Assembly: GCA_963715985.1 (NCBI GenBank)
Contig: CAVQSP010000010.1
Span: 160,001 to 224,000 of the forward strand
Direction of reading: 5' to 3'
Origin: an uncultured Thermoleophilia bacterium
GTDB taxonomy: Bacteria > Actinomycetota > Thermoleophilia > UBA2241
DNA: 64,000 bases
The stretch's first letter is position 1; the number at the start of each line of letters is the position of its first letter. The position numbers and the translations under genes are program-made. Of the stretch, positions 41,531-50,138 are shown piece after piece. The notes beneath the pieces are model-generated. The model did not search any database. It worked only from the letters and a program-made list of their open reading frames with translations, and was not told the DNA's origin.

Positions 41531-41566
41531 GGGGTGCCTCCCGGTGTGAGTGTGGCTTGCGTACTG

Positions 41567-41621
41567 GTTGTACGCGCCGCACCTTGGGAGAGCCTGAGCC
41601 GGAGCTGAGAAGAGGCTGAGA
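41567..41621 (-). promoter_or_regulatory. MprA-like TCTCAG-N5 array upstream of htrA plus TACAAC
   Basis: TCTCAG cctct TCTCAG ctccg GCTCAG gctct CCCAAG on the minus strand. Confidence 0.72.
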
Positions 41622-41652
41622 ATGGAGGCGAGAGCGGCGCCCAGGACCTCGA

Positions 41653-43110
41653 TCAGGGCGAAGCCGTCACGACCTCTGTCGGCGTGTCCCGGTCGTCGGT
41701 GTCACCGACCCCGAGTTGCCCCCGGTCGTTCTCGCCCCAGGTCCAGAGCGTGCCGTCCGCTTTCGCGGCGAGAGAGATGTAGTGGCCGCCGGACACGGCG
41801 ACCCAGTCAGTCTCGGTGCCGATCTGCGCCGGGGCGGTCCTGTCCTCGGTGTCGCCGACGCCGAGCTGGCCGACGCCGTTCCAGCCGAAGGACCACAGCG
41901 AGCCGTCCGTCTTGAGGGCCAGTGTGTGGTGGTCGCCGCAGGACACGGCAGCCCAGTCCTTGCCCAGGCCGACCTCAGTCGGGGTCAGGCGCTGGACGGT
42001 GTCTCCGAGACCGAGCTGGCCGTTGCCGTTGTAGCCCCACGCCAGCAGCCTGCCGCTGCTGGTGATGGCCAGGGTGGAGCCGTTGCCGCAGCTGACCGCC
42101 ACCCAGACCCTGTCATCGCCCACCCTGGCAGGGCTGAGGCGCAGCCTCGTGTCGCCCACCCCAAGCTGGCCGTTACCGTTGTACCCCCAGCCCCAGAGGC
42201 TGCCGTCCTTCTTGAGCGCCATGGCGTGGGTGGAGGCGGCGGAGACGAGCGTCCAGTCGGCGTCCCGGCCGACCTGGGTCGGAACCGTCCGCCGCGCCCC
42301 GTCGCCCACCCCGAGTTGGCCGTTGCCGTTGGCGCCCCAGGCCCAGAGCGTGCCGTTCGTCTTGACGGCGAGGGAGTAGTACCGGCCCGCGGAGACGGCC
42401 GCCCAGTCGCCGTCGCCGCCGACCTGTGTCGGGGCGCTCACCGTGACGGTGGTCTCGCCGACGCCGAGCTGGCCCTCGCCGTCGCCGCCCCATGCCCAGA
42501 GCGTGCCGTCGGTCTTGAGGGCCAGGGTGTGATCCCTGCCGGCGGACACCGCCGCCCACGCGGCATCGGTGCCGACCGCAGAGGGCGTCGCGTGCGCGTC
42601 CTTGTCGGGGGTACCGATGCCGAGCTCGCCCACATCGTTGCGGCCCCACGCCCACAACGCGTGGTCGCTCGTCAGGGCGACCATGCCTGAACCGCCGCAG
42701 GCTCCCACCGACCATCCGGCGCTCGCTGCCTGCACGTCGATGGCGAGGACGCTGCTGCGGACCTGCATTCTGCCCGCCTTGTACTGGGCCACCAGATCCC
42801 AGGTGCCGGCCTTGCCGGGCGTCACCGCGACGGTGAAGGCACCGTCGGCTGACAGTTCGGTGGTGCCGACGGCCTTCCACCGTGTGCCGGCCTGCTCGAG
42901 GATGGCGATCGAGGTGGCGCCGGCGCGGGGGTTGGTCACCGCGCCTGAGAGTGTGACGGGCGTACCCACGGTGACGGTCGTGGACGCCGTCTCCAGGCGC
43001 ACGGATGGCTTCGTCGCGGCCATCGCATCAACGGAGGGCAGGAGCACGAGGACAGCTGCGGCGAGGACGACGAGCAGCGCGTCATTGCGGCGCCTCACGG
43101 CAGCCTCCAT
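41653..43110 (-). CDS. Secreted RCC1-repeat beta-propeller protein with Ig-like N-domain
   Basis: Signal peptide; repeated LWAWG.N..GQLGVGD / WAAVSAG..HTLALKTDG units. Confidence 0.9.
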   Translation of the reverse strand: MEAAVRRRNDALLVVLAAAVLVLLPSVDAMAATKPSVRLETASTTVTVGTPVTLSGAVTNPRAGATSIAILEQAGTRWKAVGTTELSADGAFTVAVTPGKAGTWDLVAQYKAGRMQVRSSVLAIDVQAASAGWSVGACGGSGMVALTSDHALWAWGRNDVGELGIGTPDKDAHATPSAVGTDAAWAAVSAGRDHTLALKTDGTLWAWGGDGEGQLGVGETTVTVSAPTQVGGDGDWAAVSAGRYYSLAVKTNGTLWAWGANGNGQLGVGDGARRTVPTQVGRDADWTLVSAASTHAMALKKDGSLWGWGYNGNGQLGVGDTRLRLSPARVGDDRVWVAVSCGNGSTLAITSSGRLLAWGYNGNGQLGLGDTVQRLTPTEVGLGKDWAAVSCGDHHTLALKTDGSLWSFGWNGVGQLGVGDTEDRTAPAQIGTETDWVAVSGGHYISLAAKADGTLWTWGENDRGQLGVGDTDDRDTPTEVVTASP

Positions 43111-43195
43111 CTCGCCGGCGCCGCTGTGAGAGCGCGCGGATCCTGGGTCGTGCGATGCATCGGTCTCCTGCGAAGCGGGTCTCAGAACCGCGCGC

Positions 43196-43227
43196 AGAGT
43201 ACCAAGGGAGTGTGAGGAGTCCGTTAG
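43196..43227 (-). promoter_or_regulatory. PHO-like CTAAC-N6-CTCAC plus TACTCT -10
   Basis: gtgag at 43212, gttag at 43223; 10-nt spacer to the -10. Confidence 0.6.
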
Positions 43228-43282
43228 CCGGGACTCGTGCGAAGCGATGCCCACATGTCGGCTCGCCGGAGCCGCCTTCGCC

Positions 43283-43738
43283 TCAGTGCCGGTGCGGCAC
43301 GACCAGCACGGGGACGGTGCTGTGATGCAGCAGCTTGTACGACGTGGATCCGAGGAGCACTCCTCGGATCGCGCCTGAGCCGTGGCTGCCGACGACGATC
43401 AGGTCCGCGTTCCGTGCCTTGGCCACGTCGAGCAAAGCCGCGGCGGGCGCCTTGTGTTCGATCGTCGACTCGACCGGCACGCCGGCCGCGGCGATGCGTG
43501 CTGTCGCGTCGTCCAGCACGCGACTCACCGCGGCCTCCGCGGGCAGCTCCGCATCCTGAAGCTCCGGGACCATGAGCTCAGCGGCCATCGGACCGCCGCC
43601 GACTGACAGGTTCACCTCAAGCCCGTTCACCACGACGATCGTGCTGCCGGTCGCGTCGCGCGCGAGGCCGACGGCGACCTCGAGCGCCTCCTTGGCACAG
43701 TCGGACCCGTCGTAACCGAGGACGATGGTGCGCGCCAT
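43283..43738 (-). CDS. Universal stress protein
   Basis: IVLGYDGS, ADLIVVGSHG, LLGSTSYKLLHHSTVPVLVVP. Confidence 0.92.
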   Translation of the reverse strand: MARTIVLGYDGSDCAKEALEVAVGLARDATGSTIVVVNGLEVNLSVGGGPMAAELMVPELQDAELPAEAAVSRVLDDATARIAAAGVPVESTIEHKAPAAALLDVAKARNADLIVVGSHGSGAIRGVLLGSTSYKLLHHSTVPVLVVPHRH

Positions 43739-43835
43739 TGCCACTCCTCTCAGGCGTCGATCGGACACTCGATGCTCCCAGCTTCCCCGGCTTGGCGACA
43801 GCTGAGACACGCGCGGGCGCGGCCGGGCCGGCCGG

Positions 43836-43889
43836 TTCACGCGGCCCAGACGCCGCGCTCACCGGCACCTAACGGGCCGCGGGCAGACT
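43836..43889 (+). promoter_or_regulatory. PHO-like array TTCAC/CAGAC/CTCAC/CTAAC plus CAGACT
   Basis: Units at 43836, 43847, 43858, 43869; hexamer 10 nt after the last unit. Confidence 0.6.
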
Positions 43890-43897
43890 GACGGACC

Positions 43898-44227
43898 ATG
43901 ATGGCCAGGCACTTCGGGATCCGGCGGCAGGTCCGCGGCGTTCGCGCATCCGCGCTGCGGAACGACGACCGGTGGCAGATGCGGGAAGTCGGGGTCGGAC
44001 GTCTGCTCGCACGTCCCTGCGCGACTGGCCGGTTCCGCGCCATCCACGTTGCTTCTCGAGCCCCCGCTGCGCGTGGACGCAGTCTGAGGCGGACGCAGGG
44101 CCGGCCGGTGTCCCTGATGGCGCACGGCGCCGGCCGGCCCAGCACCAGATACCGCGTGGCGTCCGTGACGCGCTCCCGGAGGCAGCGCAGGCGCCCCGTC
44201 ACCCAACGAGCTACGGAGAACAGATGA
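43898..44227 (+). CDS. Possible Arg-rich 109-aa protein
   Basis: ATG 8 nt after the -10 (leaderless geometry); ATGA overlap with the next gene; no recognisable domain. Confidence 0.35.
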   Translation: MMARHFGIRRQVRGVRASALRNDDRWQMREVGVGRLLARPCATGRFRAIHVASRAPAARGRSLRRTQGRPVSLMAHGAGRPSTRYRVASVTRSRRQRRRPVTQRATENR

Positions 44228-44400
44228 CCGCACCGTTCAACCTCGTCTGTGAGGTGTGCGCCGAGGAGTTCCTCGTCGCGAACGCCGTCTACCGGGCGAA
44301 CCCCAGCATCGTCCCGTGCCCTCGCTGTGGCAGCACCGATCTCGTCCTGCTGGACACCGGCGAGGACCCGGGCTTCAGGTCCGCAGCAGCCGTGGCGTGA
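44224..44400 (+). CDS. 58-aa zinc-ribbon microprotein
   Basis: GGAG RBS; LVCEVC-x19-CPRCGS; ends SAAAVA. Confidence 0.8.
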   Translation: MTAPFNLVCEVCAEEFLVANAVYRANPSIVPCPRCGSTDLVLLDTGEDPGFRSAAAVA

Positions 44401-44582
44401 GCGCTGTGATCCAGGGGATCCACCTCATCTGTGAGGTCTGCGCCGAGGAGACGCTCATCGCGGTCCCGGCGCAGCGGACTCGATACGGCCTGGTGGAGTG
44501 TCCGCGCTGCGGGAGTGCCTACCTTGTCCTGGTGGACCCCGCCGAAGCCGGAGGGCCAAAGGCCGCTTCGGCAGTGGCCTGA
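44397..44582 (+). CDS. 61-aa zinc-ribbon microprotein (tandem paralog)
   Basis: GTGA overlap; LICEVC-x19-CPRCGS; ends AASAVA. Confidence 0.78.
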   Translation: MSAVIQGIHLICEVCAEETLIAVPAQRTRYGLVECPRCGSAYLVLVDPAEAGGPKAASAVA

Positions 44583-44624
44583 CCCTGCCGACGCGTGGGG
44601 GCGGTCGCCCGACCGCCCGACCGC

Positions 44625-45133
44625 TCAGCAGTAGCCCTTCTCCAGGCGCCGCAGGAAGCACGCGGCGATGTCTTCCGCGGACTGCACGACGGCGTACGAA
44701 AACGCCGTGTCCTGTCGCAGCTCGTGCGGCGGCCGGGCGCCGGCGCCGAAGAGGTCCGGCACCGTCGACATGAGCGCCTCCAGCCATGGGACGCCTTCCG
44801 AGACGGCTCGCAGGCGGAAGAGCTGCCACGCCGCACGCAGTCCGGCGACGGCCTTTGCCAGCGCCTCAAAGGCCGCGGATAGCCCCCCCAACCGGGCAGC
44901 CGCCCGTGTCGTCTGTGCAGTTCGGCATACTCGGCTTCAGCCAGCTCGACCCGTCGCACCCACTCCGTGATGGTCCGCGCCCGCAAGCCGAGGACCACGG
45001 ACGGCGCGTGGCGGCCGGCCGCCGAAGGGGTACGGCCATGTCCGCCGGCGGCGCCGTGACGTCCAGGCGCCGGCGCCGCGTCGATGGCCACCGCGGCACT
45101 CGTGGGCAGGGGCGGAGTGCAGACCTCAGTCAC
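44625..45133 (-). CDS. Hypothetical helical protein, probable frameshift in G-run near 44885
   Basis: Protein-like segments TITEWVRRVELAEAEY and LSAAFEALAKAVAG join at a homopolymer. Confidence 0.4.
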
Positions 45134-45483
45134 GTCTCGGCGCCGGCCGAGGGGTCGTCCCGAAGGAAGCCGATGGTGTACGACGTCACCGAGGTGTCAG
45201 GTTTGTAGCCGAGCACGCCGCCGACGCGGAGGCCTTCGATGCCCGGAATGAGGTCCGCCCCGGATGGGCCTTGGCCGGGCCGCTGGATCTCGTTCTCGGC
45301 GAGGACGACCCAGCCGTGCTCGAGCTGACGCCGCACCTCTTCCTCGTCCGTGGTCTCCACGATCATGTCGAAGTCGGCGCGTGAGTACTCCACCATGTGG
45401 CCCTCCGCATCCAGCACCTCGAAGCGATCGGCCTCACGCGGCGCGTCTTCGCTCGCGTGGTCGTGCCTGTGGAAGATACTCAA
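45130..45483 (-). CDS. Acidic hypothetical protein
   Basis: GGAGG RBS before TTG; GC3-biased ORF. Confidence 0.6.
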   Translation of the reverse strand: MSIFHRHDHASEDAPREADRFEVLDAEGHMVEYSRADFDMIVETTDEEEVRRQLEHGWVVLAENEIQRPGQGPSGADLIPGIEGLRVGGVLGYKPDTSVTSYTIGFLRDDPSAGAET

Positions 45484-45704
45484 CCTCCAACCTCCAGTTC
45501 GATTCCGTGGCCGGCACATCGACCGTAGTCCTTCATCATCTCTTGGTCGCGTGAGTTTCGTGTGAGGAACCTCTGCCGGCGCGGGCGGACGGCGGCCGCG
45601 AATACGCCGGTCCCTCCGTGCGACACGGTGACGGTGCAGGAGGCCGGCCCGTCAAGGGGTAGAGTTGGAGGCGTGATGGGCGGGCGCAGACCGAGGAGGG
45701 CGAC

Positions 45705-47075
45705 GTGAGCGCGGCGGCCGGCGGGCAGGAGCCGCCGCGCCATCAGCCACCGCGGCCGGAGCCGCCAGCGGGCCCGCGGCACGACGAGGGACTGGCACCT
45801 CCGCCGGACATCGAGGCGGACGCGCGCTCCACCGGCCTGCGCGCCTTCACCCGCGACCTCTTCTCGCGCGAGTTGCTGCGCTACCTGGGCCCCGGCTTCG
45901 TCGTGACCATCGGCTTCATCGATCCGGGCAACTGGGCCACCAACATCGCCGGCGGCTCGCAGTTCGGCTACCAGCTGCTGTGGGTCGTTTCGCTCAGCAC
46001 GCTCATGCTCATCTTCCTGCAGCACATGGCGGCCAAGCTCGGCATCGTCACCGGTCGCTCCCTCGCCGCCAACGTGCGCGCTCACATGCCTCGCTGGATG
46101 GTCTGGCTGCTTGGCGTGACCATCGCCGCCGCCTGCGTGGCGACTGCGCTGGCGGAGTACCTGGGCGCCGCCCTCGGCTTCAATCTGCTGTTCGGCTTGC
46201 CGCTGTGGATCGGCGCTCCGCTCACTCTCGTCCTGGTCTACCTCGCCATACTGGGCCAGGCGTACCACCGCCTGGAGCGCATCATCCTCGTGTTTCTCGC
46301 CGTGATCGCCGCCTGCTATGTCGTCGAGTTGTTCATCGTGAAGCCTGATTGGGCGGCGGCCGCGCCGGACTGGGTGATCCCCAGCGTGAGCAGTGCCAGC
46401 ATCCTCATCGCTCTCGGCATGCTGGGCGCCATCGTGATGCCGCACAACATCTACCTGCACTCCAACGTCATCCAGTCGCGCGACTGGGATGTGGACTCCG
46501 TGCGACGCGATCGACTCATGCACTTCGAGCTCGCCGACACCACGCTGGCCATGGGCATGGGCTGGCTCGTCAACTCGGCGATGATCATCGTCGCCGCGGC
46601 GGTGTTCTACTCGGCGGGCGTAGAGGTCACGAGCATCGAGCAGGCCTCGCAGACGCTTGAGCCGCTCGTGGGATCGCTCGCCCAGCTCGTCTTCGGCATC
46701 GCGCTGCTGGCCGCCGGGCTGTCTTCTTCGGTGACGGCCTCGCTCGCCGAGGCCAATATCGTCACCGGGTATCTCGGCCGACCCGAAGACCCCCGCACCC
46801 GCGTGTACAAGGTCGGGCTCGTGGTGCTCACGCTGCCGGCGATGGTGCTCATCGTCGTCGGCCTCGACGCCTACCAGGCATTGATCATCAGCCAGGTGAT
46901 CCTCAGCCTGCAGCTGCCGTTCACCATCGTCCCCCTGCTCTGGCTCAGCCGGGCGCGGCGTGTGATGGGCACGGAGCGCACGGGTACCATCACGACTGCC
47001 GTCGGCGTTCTTGTGGCGGCGCTGATCATCGGGCTTAACGTGTTCCTGCTGTACACCACGTTCTGGGGAGGCTGA
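45705..47075 (+). CDS. mntH: NRAMP divalent metal (Mn2+) transporter
   Basis: IDPGNWATN, GAIVMPHNIYLHS, SQVILSLQLPF. Confidence 0.95.
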   Translation: MSAAAGGQEPPRHQPPRPEPPAGPRHDEGLAPPPDIEADARSTGLRAFTRDLFSRELLRYLGPGFVVTIGFIDPGNWATNIAGGSQFGYQLLWVVSLSTLMLIFLQHMAAKLGIVTGRSLAANVRAHMPRWMVWLLGVTIAAACVATALAEYLGAALGFNLLFGLPLWIGAPLTLVLVYLAILGQAYHRLERIILVFLAVIAACYVVELFIVKPDWAAAAPDWVIPSVSSASILIALGMLGAIVMPHNIYLHSNVIQSRDWDVDSVRRDRLMHFELADTTLAMGMGWLVNSAMIIVAAAVFYSAGVEVTSIEQASQTLEPLVGSLAQLVFGIALLAAGLSSSVTASLAEANIVTGYLGRPEDPRTRVYKVGLVVLTLPAMVLIVVGLDAYQALIISQVILSLQLPFTIVPLLWLSRARRVMGTERTGTITTAVGVLVAALIIGLNVFLLYTTFWGG

Positions 47076-47085
47076 GGCAGTGGGC

Positions 47086-47514
47086 ATGTACGAGCGCATC
47101 CTGGTGCCGGTCGAAGGCACCGAGACCGACCGGCCCGTGCTCGAGCACATCGGCCGGCTGGCCGCCATGTGCGGCGCCGAGGTCACGCTGCTGCGGGTCG
47201 CGCACTACCACACGCGTGACGAGCGCGCCTCCGAGCTGGAGGACGCCGAGGGCGATCTGGAGCGCGACGCGGCGGTGCTGCGCAGCGCCGGCATCACCGT
47301 GCGCACGCTCATCGTGCACGGCGAGCCGGCGGACGTCATCCTCGCGCAGGCGCAGTCGCTCAGGCCGGACCTCATCGCCATGGCCACGCACGGGCACGGC
47401 TGGGCCAAGCGCATCGTGCTCGGCAGCGTGGCCGACCACGTCAGGCACAACAGCGACGTGCCTCTTCTTCTCCTCAAGAGCCGCTCAACGGCCGCAGTCC
47501 TCCGTAGGGAGTAG
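47086..47514 (+). CDS. Universal stress protein
   Basis: MYERILVPVEG, DLIAMATHGH, LGSVADHV. Confidence 0.92.
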   Translation: MYERILVPVEGTETDRPVLEHIGRLAAMCGAEVTLLRVAHYHTRDERASELEDAEGDLERDAAVLRSAGITVRTLIVHGEPADVILAQAQSLRPDLIAMATHGHGWAKRIVLGSVADHVRHNSDVPLLLLKSRSTAAVLRRE

Positions 47515-47559
47515 TACACTCGGCCGAGGCCTGTGCGGGCCCAGGCGGAAGGGCGAGTC

Positions 47560-48522
47560 ATGGTCAAGCAAGCAGGTCGCTCCTGGTGGTCGCGCTGGTG
47601 GAAGCGCCTCGCCATCATCGTGGGGGTGCTCGTCGTCCTCTTCGTCGGCGCCTCGGCGGTAGCCGCCAAGTTCACGGAGAGCAACAAGTTCTGCGGCACC
47701 GACTGCCACGAGATGTGGCCGTACCGCGACACCTGGGAGAAGTCCGCGCACAAGGATGTGGACTGCGTGCAGTGTCACATCCCGCCGGGACCCGCGAACT
47801 TCGCCATCACCAAGATGTACGCCTCCCGCGAGGTGTGGGTGCACATCACCGGCCTCCCCAAGAAGCCGATCACCGTCACGCGCCACATCCCCAACTCGGC
47901 CTGCGAGCGCAGCGGCTGCCACACGACCCCAGTGACCAAGACGATCTCGCTGGGCTCGCCGGCGCCGGTCAGCTTCCAGCACGGGAGCAAAGGCCATACC
48001 AAGCAGTTGTGCATCGCCTGCCACGCCTCGCTCGTGCACGAGGGCGCCCCCGGCGTCACGGCGCCGCCGGCCAACTCCATGACGTCATGCTTCTCCTGTC
48101 ACACCAACGGACCCAAGGACTGCGCCTACTGCCACAAGCCTCCGCACGCCGACCGCGGCAACTGCGCCAACTGCCACGGGCTCGTGAGCTGGAGCGGCGG
48201 CAAGGGCGGCGCCCACCCCGGCGGTCCACTGACGGGCAAGCACGGGCAGATCTCCTGCGAGACCTGCCACACGCAGGGCACGTCGGTGAAGCCTGACGGC
48301 TGCATCAAGTGCCACGGCGATCAGCACAACGGCCTCACGAGCTGCGTGGACTGCCACACCATCAAGGACTGGAACCCGTCCAAGTTCACGCACCCGCAGG
48401 AGGGCGAGCACATCCCGAGCGGGGAGGTGCCGCTGCAGTGCAACGCCTGTCACCTCAACGGGTTCGGCCAGAAGGCCAGCTGTCCGTGCCACGGCGGCTC
48501 GGCGCCGAGCGGCGGCGGATGA
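47560..48522 (+). CDS. Membrane-anchored multiheme c-type cytochrome
   Basis: N-terminal TM; nine CxxCH plus CX3CH, CX4CH and CXCH; NapC/NrfH-like start. Confidence 0.9.
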   Translation: MVKQAGRSWWSRWWKRLAIIVGVLVVLFVGASAVAAKFTESNKFCGTDCHEMWPYRDTWEKSAHKDVDCVQCHIPPGPANFAITKMYASREVWVHITGLPKKPITVTRHIPNSACERSGCHTTPVTKTISLGSPAPVSFQHGSKGHTKQLCIACHASLVHEGAPGVTAPPANSMTSCFSCHTNGPKDCAYCHKPPHADRGNCANCHGLVSWSGGKGGAHPGGPLTGKHGQISCETCHTQGTSVKPDGCIKCHGDQHNGLTSCVDCHTIKDWNPSKFTHPQEGEHIPSGEVPLQCNACHLNGFGQKASCPCHGGSAPSGGG

Positions 48523-48608
48523 CCGCGGGCTGAGCGCGCCGCGCCGGGGCTCCGGCGGCGAGCGGGCGGGCTGAGCGCGCCGCGCCCGCCAGCTATACTG
48601 GCCCGGCG

Positions 48609-49379
48609 ATGGAGCGCCTCGCCCTCTTCGACATCGACTGCACCCTGATCGACGCCCACGGCGCCGGCGGGCGCGCCATCATGCAGGCCATCAGGGACGT
48701 GTACGGCGTCCAGGGCGAGCTCGGCGACTACAGCTTCCACGGGCGCACTGACCCCGGCATCATCCGCGACCTCGCCGATCTGTGGGGAGCCACGGACCCC
48801 GAGGTGGTGGTCGGTCGCTACGAGGGCGAGACGCAGCCGCAGATGGTGCACGATCTCGCCGAGCAGCTGGGCACGCCGGCGGACCTCGTGGACGCGCGCG
48901 TGCAGGAGTGCATCGGCCGGTACCTGGAGCTGCTCGCCACGGAGGTCGGGGACGGCCGCATCGAGGTGTTGCCCGGCGTCAAGGAGCTGGTCACGGCGCT
49001 GGCCGCCGACCGGCGCGTGGTCCTGGGGCTGCTGACCGGCAACGTGGCCGAGGGCGCCCGCATCAAGCTGCTGCCCACCGGGCTGTGGCCGCTCTTCAAG
49101 GTAGCGGCCTACGGCTCGGACTCCGGCCTTCGCCCCGAGCTGCCGGCCATCGCCGTGGCGCGCGCCGAGGAACTGACGGGGCGGCGCTTCACCGGCAAGG
49201 AGGTCGTGGTCATCGGGGACACGCCGGCCGACGTGGAGTGTGGCGCCGGCATCGGCGTGAAGACGATCGCCGTGGCGACAGGGCGGCACGGGATCGACGA
49301 GCTCGCCGCTCACCACCCGGACTACGTCTTCGCCGACCTCGGCGAGTGGCGCGCCGCGTACGAGGCCATCCTGGCCTGA
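48609..49379 (+). CDS. HAD-family hydrolase
   Basis: LFDIDCTL, LLTGN, VIGDTPAD. Confidence 0.9.
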   Translation: MERLALFDIDCTLIDAHGAGGRAIMQAIRDVYGVQGELGDYSFHGRTDPGIIRDLADLWGATDPEVVVGRYEGETQPQMVHDLAEQLGTPADLVDARVQECIGRYLELLATEVGDGRIEVLPGVKELVTALAADRRVVLGLLTGNVAEGARIKLLPTGLWPLFKVAAYGSDSGLRPELPAIAVARAEELTGRRFTGKEVVVIGDTPADVECGAGIGVKTIAVATGRHGIDELAAHHPDYVFADLGEWRAAYEAILA

Positions 49380-49596
49380 GGGCGGCGCCGGCCGCTCTTC
49401 TCGGCAGCCGCTCAGCTCGCTTCGGCGCCCGTGGCGCCCGCGCCGGCCACGTTCTCTCCGACGCTCTTCACCGCTTCGCCGAATCCTCACGGCGTCCATA
49501 CGTTGCACGGGGACACTCAATGCTGCGTCGGACGATCCTGAACGGAACGGCCCGTGCCTGGCGCGACCACACGCACGGGCGAGGACCTCACGGAGG

Positions 49597-49980
49597 ATGG
49601 CGGGCATGTCCAACAGATGCACTCTGGAGACCGACGAGCAGCTGGACGATCCGTCGGCGGGCATCAGCGAGGCGCAACGGATCCTGATCATCACGGCGGC
49701 GACGGGTGAGCTCTCGCGACGGTGGAGCCGTCCGGCCGGTGCACCCGATGCGGTGGGACCGGGCGCGAGGCCGGCGGTGCCGCGCGTGGGCGCAGTCGAG
49801 ACCCAGCGCACGCGCGGGCACGCGGTGCGGGAGGCCGTCTTCCGCGCGACGTCCGTGGCGAGAGCTCCTCTGGCGGGCACGCCACGCCACGTGCGGCTCC
49901 TCGTGCTCGCGCTCTTCGTCGTGATGATCGTGGTCTGTGGCGTGATCGCGGTGGCCGCGTACGCGCTGCCCATGCCGTGA
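49597..49980 (+). CDS. Hypothetical protein with C-terminal TM
   Basis: GGAGG near start; hydrophobic C-terminus. Confidence 0.4.
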   Translation: MAGMSNRCTLETDEQLDDPSAGISEAQRILIITAATGELSRRWSRPAGAPDAVGPGARPAVPRVGAVETQRTRGHAVREAVFRATSVARAPLAGTPRHVRLLVLALFVVMIVVCGVIAVAAYALPMP

Positions 49981-50017
49981 CGTTGGCCGGGCGGCGCCGC
50001 GGACGCCGCTGCGTTTA

Positions 50018-50082
50018 CTCACACGAACCTGACAGTCGCCTGCCCTGAGGCTCACCAGTCCCTAACGGGCGCGCACAAGACT
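50018..50082 (+). promoter_or_regulatory. Five-unit PHO-like array plus AAGACT
   Basis: CTCAC 50018, CTGAC 50029, CTGCC 50040, CTCAC 50051, CTAAC 50062. Confidence 0.72.
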
Positions 50083-50138
50083 CGCCGCAGGCAACGCCCC
50101 GTGGCGCAGCCGCGACCCGCGAAAGGAGACTGCAGGAG

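Noticed and set aside
45500-45704. yybP-ykoY Mn riboswitch upstream of mntH
   Set aside because: The conserved GGGGAGUA core could not be found
33458-48522. Other GG-TGA endings as selenocysteine (33458, 47075, 48522)
   Set aside because: No redox context, no UXX-stop pattern and no convincing SECIS at the right spacing
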